Assembly (NCBI GenBank): GCA_963719085.1
Contig: CAVRAL010000004.1
Location: 800,001 to 864,000 of the forward strand
DNA: 64,000 bases
From: a candidate division FCPU426 bacterium
GTDB lineage: Bacteria > Oederibacteriota > Muellerivitia > Muellerivitales > Muellerivitaceae
Direction: 5' to 3'
The translations under genes and the position numbers were made by a program. The notes under the pieces were generated by a model, which was not told the origin of the DNA, did no database searches, and saw only the letters and a program-made list of their open reading frames with translations. Shown here one piece after another: positions 1-9,098 of the stretch; position 1 is the stretch's first letter, and each line of letters opens with the position of its first letter.

Positions 1-921
1 CTTTTGGATGACAAGGCCCTGCTGCTGAATAAAAAAGGGGACGCCTTTCTCATGTACAGCATCGAGGGTAAAAGCTGGGTTTGCTTGGGGGATCCGGTGG
101 GAAGTCCCCGGGACCAGGAAGAGCTTTCCCAAAAATTTATTTCCCTGTGCCGCCGCCAAAAAGCCTGGCCGGTTTTTTACCAGGTGGATCAGGATCATTT
201 ACAGCCCTATTTGGACCAAGGGCTGACGGTTTTAAAGATCGGCGAAGAAGCCTTGGTGCCCTTGGCCGATTTCCAATGGGAAAAGATCGCCTCCAGCGAG
301 TTAAAGGCCTCCTATCAAAGGTTTCAAAACAAGGATGAGTTTGATTTTGAGGTTTTGCCGGCGGGGGCGGCGGGTCCCCTTCTGCCCGAACTCAAACGCG
401 TCTCGGAAGAATGGCTCAGCAAAAATAAAACCCGGGAACGGGGTTTTTCCACGGGCTTTTTCGACGAGGATTATCTCAAGCGCCTGCCCCTGGTCATCGT
501 GCGGCGCGAAGGCAAGCTTTCGGCTTTCGCCGTGCTTTGGGAATCCCATGGCAAGGCGGAGATGGCCGTCGACCTGCTTCGCTCCAGCGCGGATGCCGGG
601 GCGGCTTTGGAGGATTGCCTGATCATTGAGTGCATGCGCTATGGCCAGTACAAGGGCTTTCAATGGTTCAGCTTCGGCGTGGCGCCGATGTTGAATATGG
701 AGGACGGTCCGCTGTCGACCTTCAAAGAAAAATTGGCCCGCTTGTTTTCCCCTTATGCCGATGGGGAAAAGCTGACGGGCGTAAGGGCCGAGATGGAAAA
801 ATTCACTCCCGAATGGCGGCCCAAATACCTGGCCGCGCCGGGGGAGCTGCCCGTCGGGGTGGTTTTGAGCACGGTGGAATCGCTTCAATCCCGCGGCATG
901 CGGACGGTGTTTGAGGCGTGA
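1..921 (+). CDS. mprF: MprF-like phosphatidylglycerol aminoacyltransferase, C-terminal (DUF2156) domain; 5' part lies outside the window
   Basis: Motifs LGDPVG, PVFYQV, KIGEEA, VSEEWL..K..RERGFS.GFF and KF.PEW.PKYLA; the frame is open to the left edge. Confidence 0.85.
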   Translation, partial: LLDDKALLLNKKGDAFLMYSIEGKSWVCLGDPVGSPRDQEELSQKFISLCRRQKAWPVFYQVDQDHLQPYLDQGLTVLKIGEEALVPLADFQWEKIASSELKASYQRFQNKDEFDFEVLPAGAAGPLLPELKRVSEEWLSKNKTRERGFSTGFFDEDYLKRLPLVIVRREGKLSAFAVLWESHGKAEMAVDLLRSSADAGAALEDCLIIECMRYGQYKGFQWFSFGVAPMLNMEDGPLSTFKEKLARLFSPYADGEKLTGVRAEMEKFTPEWRPKYLAAPGELPVGVVLSTVESLQSRGMRTVFEA

Positions 922-1559
922 GGACCCGGTTTTTCCCCGGATTTTTTTTGGCGGGAGCCGCCCTTTTATTCCAATCCGGATGCGCGCCCATCGGCTGGTC
1001 CGGACCCCGTCCGGGATCGGAAACCAGCTATGATTCGGGTTCTTACTCGGGCGCCGTCCAGGCCTCCGCGCAGGACGCCATCCGGACGGCGGAAGATATC
1101 CTTCAACACCAGCCCAACCGGGAGATGGACTGCTCCCACTTTGTGCTGGCCTGTTATCATTCGGGCCGCATGGCGGCTTTTTTTCACCGGCAAAAACCGG
1201 GGGAGAACCTGACCTATTATTTGAACAAGTATCTGACTGAGGGAAAGACCCGCCGGGCCAAAGCCGCCGATATCCAGCCCGGTGACATTCTTATTTTCAA
1301 TAAAACCTATGACCTCAATCACGACGGACGCATCGATGACAACGATGTCTACACCCACGCGGGAATTGTTGAGAGTTTCCAGGATTGGGTGGTGACTTAT
1401 CTAGACGCTTCCCTCGGAAGACACCCGATCGTTCAGCGGCGGCGGTTTAGTTTTTACGGCGATAAATATAATGAGACGGTGGCCAGGGATCCGGCCACGG
1501 GAACCAAGATCCACGCTCGGGACACCTTTTACGCCGCCTATGCGGTTCCGGCGAACTGA
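918..1559 (+). CDS. NlpC/P60 or CHAP-like lipoprotein, putative cell-wall peptidase
   Basis: Lipobox-like FQSGC; DCSHFV (catalytic Cys), PGDILIF and HAGIV (catalytic His). The GTG start overlaps the upstream stop. Confidence 0.75.
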   Translation: MRTRFFPGFFLAGAALLFQSGCAPIGWSGPRPGSETSYDSGSYSGAVQASAQDAIRTAEDILQHQPNREMDCSHFVLACYHSGRMAAFFHRQKPGENLTYYLNKYLTEGKTRRAKAADIQPGDILIFNKTYDLNHDGRIDDNDVYTHAGIVESFQDWVVTYLDASLGRHPIVQRRRFSFYGDKYNETVARDPATGTKIHARDTFYAAYAVPAN

Positions 1560-1573
1560 AGCTGAAACGACGT

Positions 1574-1882
1574 AATTAGCAATGATGTCCCGGGTTTCCT
1601 TATCGAAGTCAAAGATACTCGGGACAATGTCGCTTTCCCCTACCTACTATATGGAGAAGCGACGCGCACGCAGATAAAGAATAAATTTAAAATTCGAGAA
1701 GTGTGTTTTTGACAAAATAGGCGAAAACCAGGTTTTCGGAATGGTTCTAATGATGGATGAAATCCGATGCTTAAAACAAAAAATCGGTCTCTATCAGCTG
1801 TTATCAATGTTGCAATAGAGTTTGCTGTGAGAAGTAAATGATTTAGTAAGATTTTATCGGCGTCCATCCGCGTCCATTATTG
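1574..1882. repeat. Intergenic palindromic element, family A, copy 1, with a nested insertion
   Basis: Left arm CAATGATG...ACGCAGATAAA and right arm ATCGGCGTCCATCCGCGTCCATTATTG (1856-1882) around an AT-rich interior. Confidence 0.75.
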
Positions 1883-1900
1883 TTCCAAAAGAGGTTCTGA

Positions 1901-2368
1901 ATGTTTCATGTGGTTTTAATTGAACCGGAGATTCCCTGGAATACGGGCAATGTGGGGCGTACCTGCCTAGCCGCTGGGGCGGAATTGCATCTAGTCGGGC
2001 CGCTGGGTTTTTTTCTGGACCAGGCCGAGGTCAAACGGGCCGGGCTGGATTATTGGGAAAAGGTGAAATTGCACCGACACGCCACTTGGGAAAAATTCCT
2101 GGAAAGCCTGCCCGAGGGCGCTCCGCTTTTTTTCTTTTCCACCAAGGGCCAAAAGACATTGTGGGACGCCGTTTTTCCGCCGGAGTCCTATCTTATTTTC
2201 GGCAAAGAAACCGCCGGGTTTCCCAAGGAATTTTATGAAAAGTATAAAGAGCGGTTGTATCGTATCCCTCAAGAAGAGGACAGCGTGCGGAGCCTAAACC
2301 TGTCCACCTCGGCGGGCATCGCCCTGTTCGAGGCCTTACGGCAGACTCAAACCAGGAGGCAATCATGA
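1901..2368 (+). CDS. trmL: tRNA (cytidine/uridine-34 2'-O)-methyltransferase, SPOUT family
   Basis: EPEIPWNTGNVGRTC, RAGLDYW, FGKETAG and RSLNLS motifs. Confidence 0.95.
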   Translation: MFHVVLIEPEIPWNTGNVGRTCLAAGAELHLVGPLGFFLDQAEVKRAGLDYWEKVKLHRHATWEKFLESLPEGAPLFFFSTKGQKTLWDAVFPPESYLIFGKETAGFPKEFYEKYKERLYRIPQEEDSVRSLNLSTSAGIALFEALRQTQTRRQS

Positions 2369-2715
2369 CGAAAGCGGGATTTATCACCAGGTTCGTGGCG
2401 ATCTTTATCGATGGGATACTGTTTTGGGCCATTGGCTGGGCTATTCATTTCCCCCTTTTTGGTTTATTAGGAATTGTCTATGAGACCATTTTGATCGCCC
2501 AATGGAACGGCCAAACCATCGGAAAAAAAATTATGGGAATCAAAGTGGTGACCACCTCGGGCGGTTCCCTGGACGGATTAAGATCTTTTATCCGGTCTGT
2601 CAGCAAGATATTGTCTTTTCTGCCCTTGGACTTGGGGTTCTTATGGGCCCTTTGGGACAGTGAAAACCAAACCTGGCACGACAAAATCGCCGAAACTTAC
2701 GTGGTGAAAGCTTAA
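2365..2715 (+). CDS. RDD family membrane protein
   Basis: [22 protein letters not shown] and [11 protein letters not shown]. Confidence 0.9.
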   Translation: MTKAGFITRFVAIFIDGILFWAIGWAIHFPLFGLLGIVYETILIAQWNGQTIGKKIMGIKVVTTSGGSLDGLRSFIRSVSKILSFLPLDLGFLWALWDSENQTWHDKIAETYVVKA

Positions 2716-2834
2716 GGGTTAATTCCAGGCGGACCTTTCAGTGTTTGCCTGGAAATGATCCGCCCATTGATTCCGGCCCCCACTTCGGGCAATCTGTCGC
2801 CTTCTATTTCCATTTCCTTTCAGGAAGGTCCGTC

Positions 2835-4910
2835 TTGAGTCAGTCCGCCGAGAACCCCCAACACACCAATCGTTTGATCCATGAGAAAAGCCCCTACCTG
2901 CTCCAACATGCCCACAATCCGGTGGATTGGTATCCTTGGGGCGAGGAGGCTTTTGAGAAGGCCCGCCAAGAAAACAAACCGGTTTTTATTTCCATCGGCT
3001 ATTCCACCTGCCATTGGTGCCACGTGATGGAACGGGAAAGTTTTGAGAATGAGGCCATCGCCAAACGGCTCAACGATGATTTCGTCTGTATCAAGGTGGA
3101 TCGGGAAGAGCGCCCGGACGTCGACCAGATTTATATGAACGCGGTCATGCTTTTGGCGGGCCAGGGAGGCTGGCCCCTCAATATGTTTCTCACCCCCGGC
3201 CTTAAGCCTTTTTATGGTGGAACCTATTTCGCGCCCGACAGCCGCTACGGCCGGCCGGGATTCCCGGCCGTGTTGGCGGATGTGGCCCGGCTTTGGAAAA
3301 CCCAGCCGGAAGAAGTGGAAAAGGCCGGCGCCCAATTGGCCGGGTTCATCGCCAAGGGAAACGCCGCCCCGCCCGCGGGGACCTTAAGCGAAACAACGCT
3401 TCAACAGGTGCGGCAGTACGCTCTGGCTTCCTTCGATTCCAAAGATGGGGGCTTTCGAAGCGCGCCTAAGTTTCCGCCTTCCATGTTGATTGGATTTTTG
3501 CTCCGGCTTTACGCCAAGACAAAAGACGAGACTTTGCTTCCGCTTGTTGCCACCACGCTCGACAAAATGGCCCAGGGCGGGATTTATGACCAGGTGGGCG
3601 GCGGGTTCGCCCGTTACTCCACCGACGATGAATGGCTGGTCCCGCATTTTGAGAAGATGCTTTACGACAACGCGCTTTTGTCGAAAGTTTACTTGGAAGC
3701 TTTCCAAGTCACCCAAAATCCCGAGTACGCCCGGATCGCGCGGGAAACCTTCACGTATCTTTTGCGGGACATGCGGGCGCCCGAGGGCGGCTTTTACAGC
3801 GCGGAGGACGCGGACAGCGAGGGGGAAGAAGGAAAGTTTTATGTTTGGACACCCGATGAAATTGAGCAGGTCTTAGGCCCGGAAGACGGCCGGCTTTTCA
3901 GCCAGCTCTACGATGTGACGCCCCACGGCAATTTTGAGGAAGGCAAAAGCATCCTGCGCCTCAAAAGCGACCTGCCCTATTCGCTCTCGGCTTTCGGCAA
4001 GGATGAGGCTTGGTGGAAGGGCGCCCAAGAAAAAATGCTTCAAGCCCGCGCCAAACGGATCCGGCCCCATCTGGACGATAAAATCCTCACGGCCTGGAAC
4101 AGCCTGCTGATTTCCTCGCTTTGCGCCGGCTATCAAATTTTAGGCGACGAGGTTTATTTGAAGGCGGCGGAAAAGGCCGCCAACTTCCTGACCAAAAACC
4201 TTTTCGAGAACGGAAGGTTGTTGGCGTCTTACCGTAAAGGACCCTCCAATATCCAAGCCTATATCGATGATTACGCTTTTTTCCAGGCCGCCTTGTTGGA
4301 CCTTTACGAAAGCACCTTTGAGGTTTCTTATCTCAAAAAGGCGCTGGTTCTGGAATCCGAAATGGTCCGTCTTTTCTGGGATGAGAAAGACGGGGCCTTC
4401 TTTTTTACCGGCGCCGATCAAAAGGACCGGGAGCGGCTCTTGGCCCGTTCCAAAGAAGCTTATGACGGCGTGATCCCCTCGGGCAATTCGGTGGCGGCGC
4501 TGAACTACTTCCGGCTGGCCGAATTCACGGGCAAAAAAGAAATGCGGGACCGCGCGGACGCCATTTTGAAATGCTTCTCGGGTCTTTTGACCCAGGGCGG
4601 CGCCAATTTCGCCCGCATGCTCCAGGCCTTTCAATTCGACTTTTATGGTCCCGCGGAGATTTTCGTGACCGGTCCCCCGGAGGCCTCCCGGGAAATGGTG
4701 AAGGCGATTTGGAAAGCCTTCCTGCCCAATAAGGTCCTGGTTTTCGCCGAGGAATCCCAATCGAAGGATTTGGCCACGGTCGCGCCCTGGGTCGAAGGCC
4801 GTGTGCCCCAAGGGGGAAAGCCCACCGCCTATATTTGCCGGAACTACACCTGCCAACTGCCCGTGACCGATAGCGTCAAGGCCCTGGAACACCTGAACTC
4901 CCTCGCCTAA
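2835..4910 (+). CDS. YyaL/SSP411-type thioredoxin-domain protein (DUF255 plus alpha/alpha toroid)
   Basis: [37 protein letters not shown] and [12 protein letters not shown]. Start moved to the TTG at 2835 after AGGAAGG. Confidence 0.93.
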   Translation: MSQSAENPQHTNRLIHEKSPYLLQHAHNPVDWYPWGEEAFEKARQENKPVFISIGYSTCHWCHVMERESFENEAIAKRLNDDFVCIKVDREERPDVDQIYMNAVMLLAGQGGWPLNMFLTPGLKPFYGGTYFAPDSRYGRPGFPAVLADVARLWKTQPEEVEKAGAQLAGFIAKGNAAPPAGTLSETTLQQVRQYALASFDSKDGGFRSAPKFPPSMLIGFLLRLYAKTKDETLLPLVATTLDKMAQGGIYDQVGGGFARYSTDDEWLVPHFEKMLYDNALLSKVYLEAFQVTQNPEYARIARETFTYLLRDMRAPEGGFYSAEDADSEGEEGKFYVWTPDEIEQVLGPEDGRLFSQLYDVTPHGNFEEGKSILRLKSDLPYSLSAFGKDEAWWKGAQEKMLQARAKRIRPHLDDKILTAWNSLLISSLCAGYQILGDEVYLKAAEKAANFLTKNLFENGRLLASYRKGPSNIQAYIDDYAFFQAALLDLYESTFEVSYLKKALVLESEMVRLFWDEKDGAFFFTGADQKDRERLLARSKEAYDGVIPSGNSVAALNYFRLAEFTGKKEMRDRADAILKCFSGLLTQGGANFARMLQAFQFDFYGPAEIFVTGPPEASREMVKAIWKAFLPNKVLVFAEESQSKDLATVAPWVEGRVPQGGKPTAYICRNYTCQLPVTDSVKALEHLNSLA

Positions 4911-4944
4911 AAATCCAACCGGGGGTTAAAATAGCGGCGACTGG

Positions 4945-4976
4945 CCCGGCGAAGCGAAGATCGCAGCGAAGCCGGG
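4945..4976. repeat. Short REP-like palindrome
   Basis: CCCGGC-GAAGC...GCGAA-GCCGGG in the intergenic space; single copy in the window. Confidence 0.35.
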
Positions 4977-5004
4977 TGATCGGCAACATTTCGAGGAGGC
5001 CTTC

Positions 5005-5418
5005 ATGGGCATGCTTAAAGAATTCAAGGAGTTCGCCGTCAAAGGCAATATGGTGGACCTGGCGGTCGGGGTCGTCATCGGCGGCGCTTTCGGAAAAGTT
5101 GTTTCTTCCATCGTGTCGGACCTGCTGATGCCGCCCATTGGCTTTATCATTGGCGGGATTAATTTCGCCGACATCAAATGGACGCTGAAGGCGGCCTTGC
5201 CCGATCCCTTGACCGGGAAAACGCTGGCGAACTCAGTCACCATCAACATTGGAAATTTTATCCAATCCCTCGTGGATTTCAGCATCATCGCCCTCTCGGT
5301 TTTTTTATTGGTGAAGCTGCTCAACACGCTGCACCACAAAGAAGAAGCCGCGGCCGAGCCTAGCGACGAAGTGAAGCTGCTCACGGAGATCCGGGACTTG
5401 CTTAAGAATCAAAAGTAA
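5005..5418 (+). CDS. mscL: Large-conductance mechanosensitive channel
   Basis: [27 protein letters not shown] and [19 protein letters not shown]. Confidence 0.98.
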   Translation: MGMLKEFKEFAVKGNMVDLAVGVVIGGAFGKVVSSIVSDLLMPPIGFIIGGINFADIKWTLKAALPDPLTGKTLANSVTINIGNFIQSLVDFSIIALSVFLLVKLLNTLHHKEEAAAEPSDEVKLLTEIRDLLKNQK

Positions 5419-5419
5419 G

Positions 5420-5557
5420 AGAACTTCTAACAAAATTTCAAAGGCATTTGAACAATGATAAACGCAGATGAACGTGGAAAGAAAATGACCCGAATCTTTT
5501 GGTTTCTCAAAATCTGTGTTTATCTGCGTCCATCATTGTTAAATAGGATTTGTTAGG
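5420..5557. repeat. Intergenic palindromic element, family A, copy 2
   Basis: AACAATGATAAACGCAGATGAAC ... GTTTATCTGCGTCCATCATTGTT, with outer arms CTAACAAA/TTTGTTAG. Confidence 0.85.
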
Positions 5558-5589
5558 GATTTAAAGTTTGTTGGGAAGGGAAATCAAAA

Positions 5590-6420
5590 TTGCCCACCTT
5601 TGACTTTTGCATTGAGAGTCCGGGCGGACGGGATGTTTGGGGAACCGCCACGGTGCCCCAAAAGCCCGCGGGGCCCGCGGTCTTGATGGCCCACGGGTTT
5701 TTAGGTTTTAAGGATTGGGCCTTTTTCCCCTGGCTGGCGGCGGCTTTCGCCCGGGAAGGTTTTCCGGTTTTGCGGTTTAATTTTTCCGGCTCCGGCATGG
5801 GCCCGGAAATCGACGGTCCCTTCAGCCAGCTGGAAGCCTTCGCGGCCGACACCATCTCCCGGCAGGTGCAGGATTTGCACGCGGTCATCGGCTCGGTCAC
5901 CGGGGAAAAGTTTAAAAAAGAGGGCCTGCGCTCGGACAAGGTTTTGCTTTGGGGCCATTCCCGCGGCGGCGCGGTTTGCCTGTTGGCCGCGGTCAACCGG
6001 CCGGAGGTCGCGGGCGTCTCGACCTGGGCTTCCATTTCAAGGGTGAACCGTTATTTTTACGAGGACAAAAAAACTTGGCGGGAAAAAGGTTTTTTCCCCG
6101 TGGAAAGTTCCCGTACCGGACAGACACTTAAAGTTTCCCCGGCCTTTTTGGAGGACGTGGAAAAATGGGGCAAGGCCGGGGATGTTCCCACGCATCTTCA
6201 TCATTTAAAGATTCCCGTTCTTCTCGTGCATGGCTCCGAGGACACCAGCGTGCCGCCGGAGGAATCCGAGAGCCTGGCGGCGCTTTATCCCCAGTCCCAT
6301 TTGGCCATCCTGGCCGGGGCCAACCACAAGTTCAACGCCAGCCATCCCTTCACCGAAGCCTCCCCGGTTTTGAAGGAAGCCGCCGAACGAACCGTGGAGT
6401 TTTACCGCGGCGTCAGCTAA
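5590..6420 (+). CDS. Alpha/beta hydrolase
   Basis: HGFLGFKDW, nucleophile elbow GHSRGG, HGSED and ANHKF. Confidence 0.9.
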   Translation: MPTFDFCIESPGGRDVWGTATVPQKPAGPAVLMAHGFLGFKDWAFFPWLAAAFAREGFPVLRFNFSGSGMGPEIDGPFSQLEAFAADTISRQVQDLHAVIGSVTGEKFKKEGLRSDKVLLWGHSRGGAVCLLAAVNRPEVAGVSTWASISRVNRYFYEDKKTWREKGFFPVESSRTGQTLKVSPAFLEDVEKWGKAGDVPTHLHHLKIPVLLVHGSEDTSVPPEESESLAALYPQSHLAILAGANHKFNASHPFTEASPVLKEAAERTVEFYRGVS

Positions 6421-6429
6421 GTTAAGGGC

Positions 6430-7092
6430 ATGAAAGCCCCGCGAACCCCGGCCCCGGTGACGTTTCAACTCAAACATTTCCCCGGTTTTTCGGCCCAAGA
6501 TCTCAAGCGCCTCCAACACTATTACGCCACCCAATTGAGCGATCAGTCCGCGCCGGAAAAACGCGTGGGTTGGCAGACCGCGCACGGCCAGCGGGTGCGG
6601 TTTGAGGCCTTGGCCTGCGTGGGGACGTTAAAGGGTGCCAAACTTTTGGATGTGGGATGCGGCTTGGGAGCCTTTTGGGGCTACCTGCGGGATCAAAAAT
6701 TGAGGGCCGATTACACGGGGGTTGATCTTTTTCCCAATGTCATCGCGGAAGCCCGCCGCCTTCATCCCGAGGCGGTTTTCGAGACCCGCAATATTGTGGC
6801 GCGGCCCTTCGCGGCCCGGCGGTTTGACTTCGCGTTTTTATCCGGCGTCTTCAACGTCAAGGTTCGTGACAACTGGAAATATATGAGGGCGCTCCTGAAA
6901 GCAGCCTTGCGGCAAACTAAAAAAGCCGTGGCCTTTAACGTGCTCAACGCGGAGGCGGATTTAAACGAGGCCGACCGTTTTTGCGTGGAGGCCAAGGCCT
7001 TAGCGGCCTTTGGCAGGCGTTTGGGCGCCTCTAAGGTGTGTTTGCTGGATCATTACCATCCGGTGGACCTGACCCTGTTCATTTATAAGTGA
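6430..7092 (+). CDS. Class I SAM-dependent methyltransferase
   Basis: LLDVGCGLG, YTGVD and SGVFN motifs. Confidence 0.88.
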   Translation: MKAPRTPAPVTFQLKHFPGFSAQDLKRLQHYYATQLSDQSAPEKRVGWQTAHGQRVRFEALACVGTLKGAKLLDVGCGLGAFWGYLRDQKLRADYTGVDLFPNVIAEARRLHPEAVFETRNIVARPFAARRFDFAFLSGVFNVKVRDNWKYMRALLKAALRQTKKAVAFNVLNAEADLNEADRFCVEAKALAAFGRRLGASKVCLLDHYHPVDLTLFIYK

Positions 7093-7161
7093 GCTTATTT
7101 TTGAAATGAAAAACAAAGTCCGGACTTTGGACTTTTTGAACATCCTGCTAAACTCTCTCCC

Positions 7162-7986
7162 ATGTCAGCGACCCCTCCCAAACACATTGTTTCGCTCGCG
7201 CCTTTCGTGTCTGAAATTCTGGCCCATCTGGGCGTGGTGGAGAATGTCACCACGGTCCGGGATTACCTGGAAGAAAAGCCCCCGGTTTCCGACTCCGCCC
7301 AACCCGAGCATTGGTTTTCCATGGCCTTGGCCCGGGTTTCGGACCTGAAGCCGGACCTGGTTTTCACCTATTCCCTGTCCCAACAGCTGCTCAGTAAAAA
7401 GCTCAAAGAGAAGGGTTTTAATGTGGTTCATTTGGACCCTTATCTTTTGAGGGAAGTGGAAGACGGCTTTACCCAGGTGGGAAAGGCCGCCGGCGCTCTG
7501 GACGCCTCGCGCAAAATGTCCCGGGAATTTGTCGCCGGGCTAGCCGCCCTCACCGAAAAAATCCCGCCGGGCGCTTACCGGCCTAAACTTTATTGCGAGG
7601 AATGGAACAAGCCCCAACAGGTTCCCGGACGCTGGTGGCCGGACCTGATGACCCAAGTCGGCGCCCATTATTTCCCCATCCTGCCCCGGGAAGTGAACCG
7701 GCAGGCCAAGATCGAGGAAATTATCCGGTTTGACCCGGATGTCATTATTTTTTCCGTTTACGGGACGGGATTGGAATTCAACCCGGATGAGGTCTTGAAG
7801 CGCATCGGCTGGGAAAAAATGATGGCTGTCCGTAAGCGGAAGGTTTATACGCTGGACGCCAAGCGTTTGAATTATCCTGGCCCCCGGTTAATTGACGGCG
7901 CCCAAGCCATTCAATCAGCCCTGGGGGAATCCTATTGGGGATGGCCCTTGGTGGACGCGGCCCATGTGCGCCGGGTGACTAATTAA
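7162..7986 (+). CDS. BtuF/TroA-like helical-backbone binding protein, diverged paralog, no signal peptide
   Basis: IVSLAP..SEIL, LKPDLV, YCEEW, FDPDVII and PGPRLIDG. Confidence 0.8.
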   Translation: MSATPPKHIVSLAPFVSEILAHLGVVENVTTVRDYLEEKPPVSDSAQPEHWFSMALARVSDLKPDLVFTYSLSQQLLSKKLKEKGFNVVHLDPYLLREVEDGFTQVGKAAGALDASRKMSREFVAGLAALTEKIPPGAYRPKLYCEEWNKPQQVPGRWWPDLMTQVGAHYFPILPREVNRQAKIEEIIRFDPDVIIFSVYGTGLEFNPDEVLKRIGWEKMMAVRKRKVYTLDAKRLNYPGPRLIDGAQAIQSALGESYWGWPLVDAAHVRRVTN

Positions 7987-8000
7987 AAGCTATTTCTTTT

Positions 8001-8113
8001 GCAATGATGAACGCAGATAAACGCGGATGAAAAATGGGGGAATTCTATTTTAAATCTCGGCCTTTCTATCTGCGTTCATCTGCGTGCGCGTCGCTTCTCC
8101 ATCATTGCTAATT
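8001..8113. repeat. Intergenic palindromic element, family A, copy 3
   Basis: GCAATGATGAACGCAGATAAACGCGGAT ... ATCTGCGTTCATCTGCGT[GCGCGTCGCTTCT]CCATCATTGC. Confidence 0.88.
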
Positions 8114-8143
8114 GCCTTTTAAATATTTCTTAAAGCGGCTGTT

Positions 8144-8953
8144 ATGTCCTCCTTTCCCCGACGAATCCTATCGCTGGCTCCCTCGAATACCGAAATTCTT
8201 TACGCGCTGGGGCTGGGCGACTCCATCGTGGGCGTCACCGAATATTGTCTTTATCCTCCGGAAGCCCAAAGCAAGACCCGGTTAAAGGGTTGGGTCTCCA
8301 TTCCGGTGGAAAAAATCCTGGCCTTGGAGCCGGATCTTGTCGTCACCAGCACGATTTGCCAGGACGCGCTCAAGCGAAAACTCGACGAAGCCAAAGTTCC
8401 ATTACTTCATTTGGACCCGCGCGACCTGAACGGCATCATCCAATCCTTTTTGAAATTAGGACAAGCCGCCGGGAAAGAGGCGGAAGCCAAGGCCTTGGCC
8501 CGAAAGTTTGAGCAAGAGCGAAAAGCCATTCAAGCGTCGGTTCCATCCGGCCATCCCCGGGTTTATTGCGAGGAATGGTCCAAACCACCCGCGGTTTCGG
8601 GGAACTGGGTTCCCGAGTTAGTGACCGCCGCGGGCGCCGAATATTTTCCCATTGAGCCGGGAACCTTAAGCCGGCCGGTTCGTTTGGAAGAGATTCAGGC
8701 CTTTGACCCTGAAATCGTTATTTTGTCCATTTGCGGCCAGGGTTTGGAACCCGATCCCGCTCAAATTCTCCAACGGGTGGGGTGGGAGCGGCTAAAGGCC
8801 GTCCAAGGAAAGTGGATTTTCGTTTTGGAGGATTCCTTACTGAATTGCCCGGGTCCGCGGGTTTTGGAAGGAGCCCGGCTCCTGCGGCAAATTTTGGAGG
8901 CTTTTCATCAAGGGGTGAAGCCGCCGAATTCGCCCTTCTTACGAAATCTTTGA
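8144..8953 (+). CDS. BtuF-like cobalamin/metal-chelate binding protein, no signal peptide
   Basis: RILSLAPSNTEILYALG, VGVTEYC.YP, LEPDLV, YCEEW and PGPRVLEG. Confidence 0.87.
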   Translation: MSSFPRRILSLAPSNTEILYALGLGDSIVGVTEYCLYPPEAQSKTRLKGWVSIPVEKILALEPDLVVTSTICQDALKRKLDEAKVPLLHLDPRDLNGIIQSFLKLGQAAGKEAEAKALARKFEQERKAIQASVPSGHPRVYCEEWSKPPAVSGNWVPELVTAAGAEYFPIEPGTLSRPVRLEEIQAFDPEIVILSICGQGLEPDPAQILQRVGWERLKAVQGKWIFVLEDSLLNCPGPRVLEGARLLRQILEAFHQGVKPPNSPFLRNL

Positions 8954-9098
8954 TTCAAAGCATTTAAGTCTGGATTCAACAATTTACCGTCCTGTATTAT
9001 GCCCTTCATTAGGCCCACTTTTAAATTAACTCGAGGCCTTGTCTCACCGGTTCGACAAATTTCCAACATAAATTTCCGGTGGCCCGAAGGACTTTGTC

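Noticed and set aside
1640..1867. 75-aa minus-strand ORF, and short ORFs at 18892, 26793, 31722 and 56007
   Set aside because: They run through palindromic repeat arms and AT-rich loops and show no protein-like signal.
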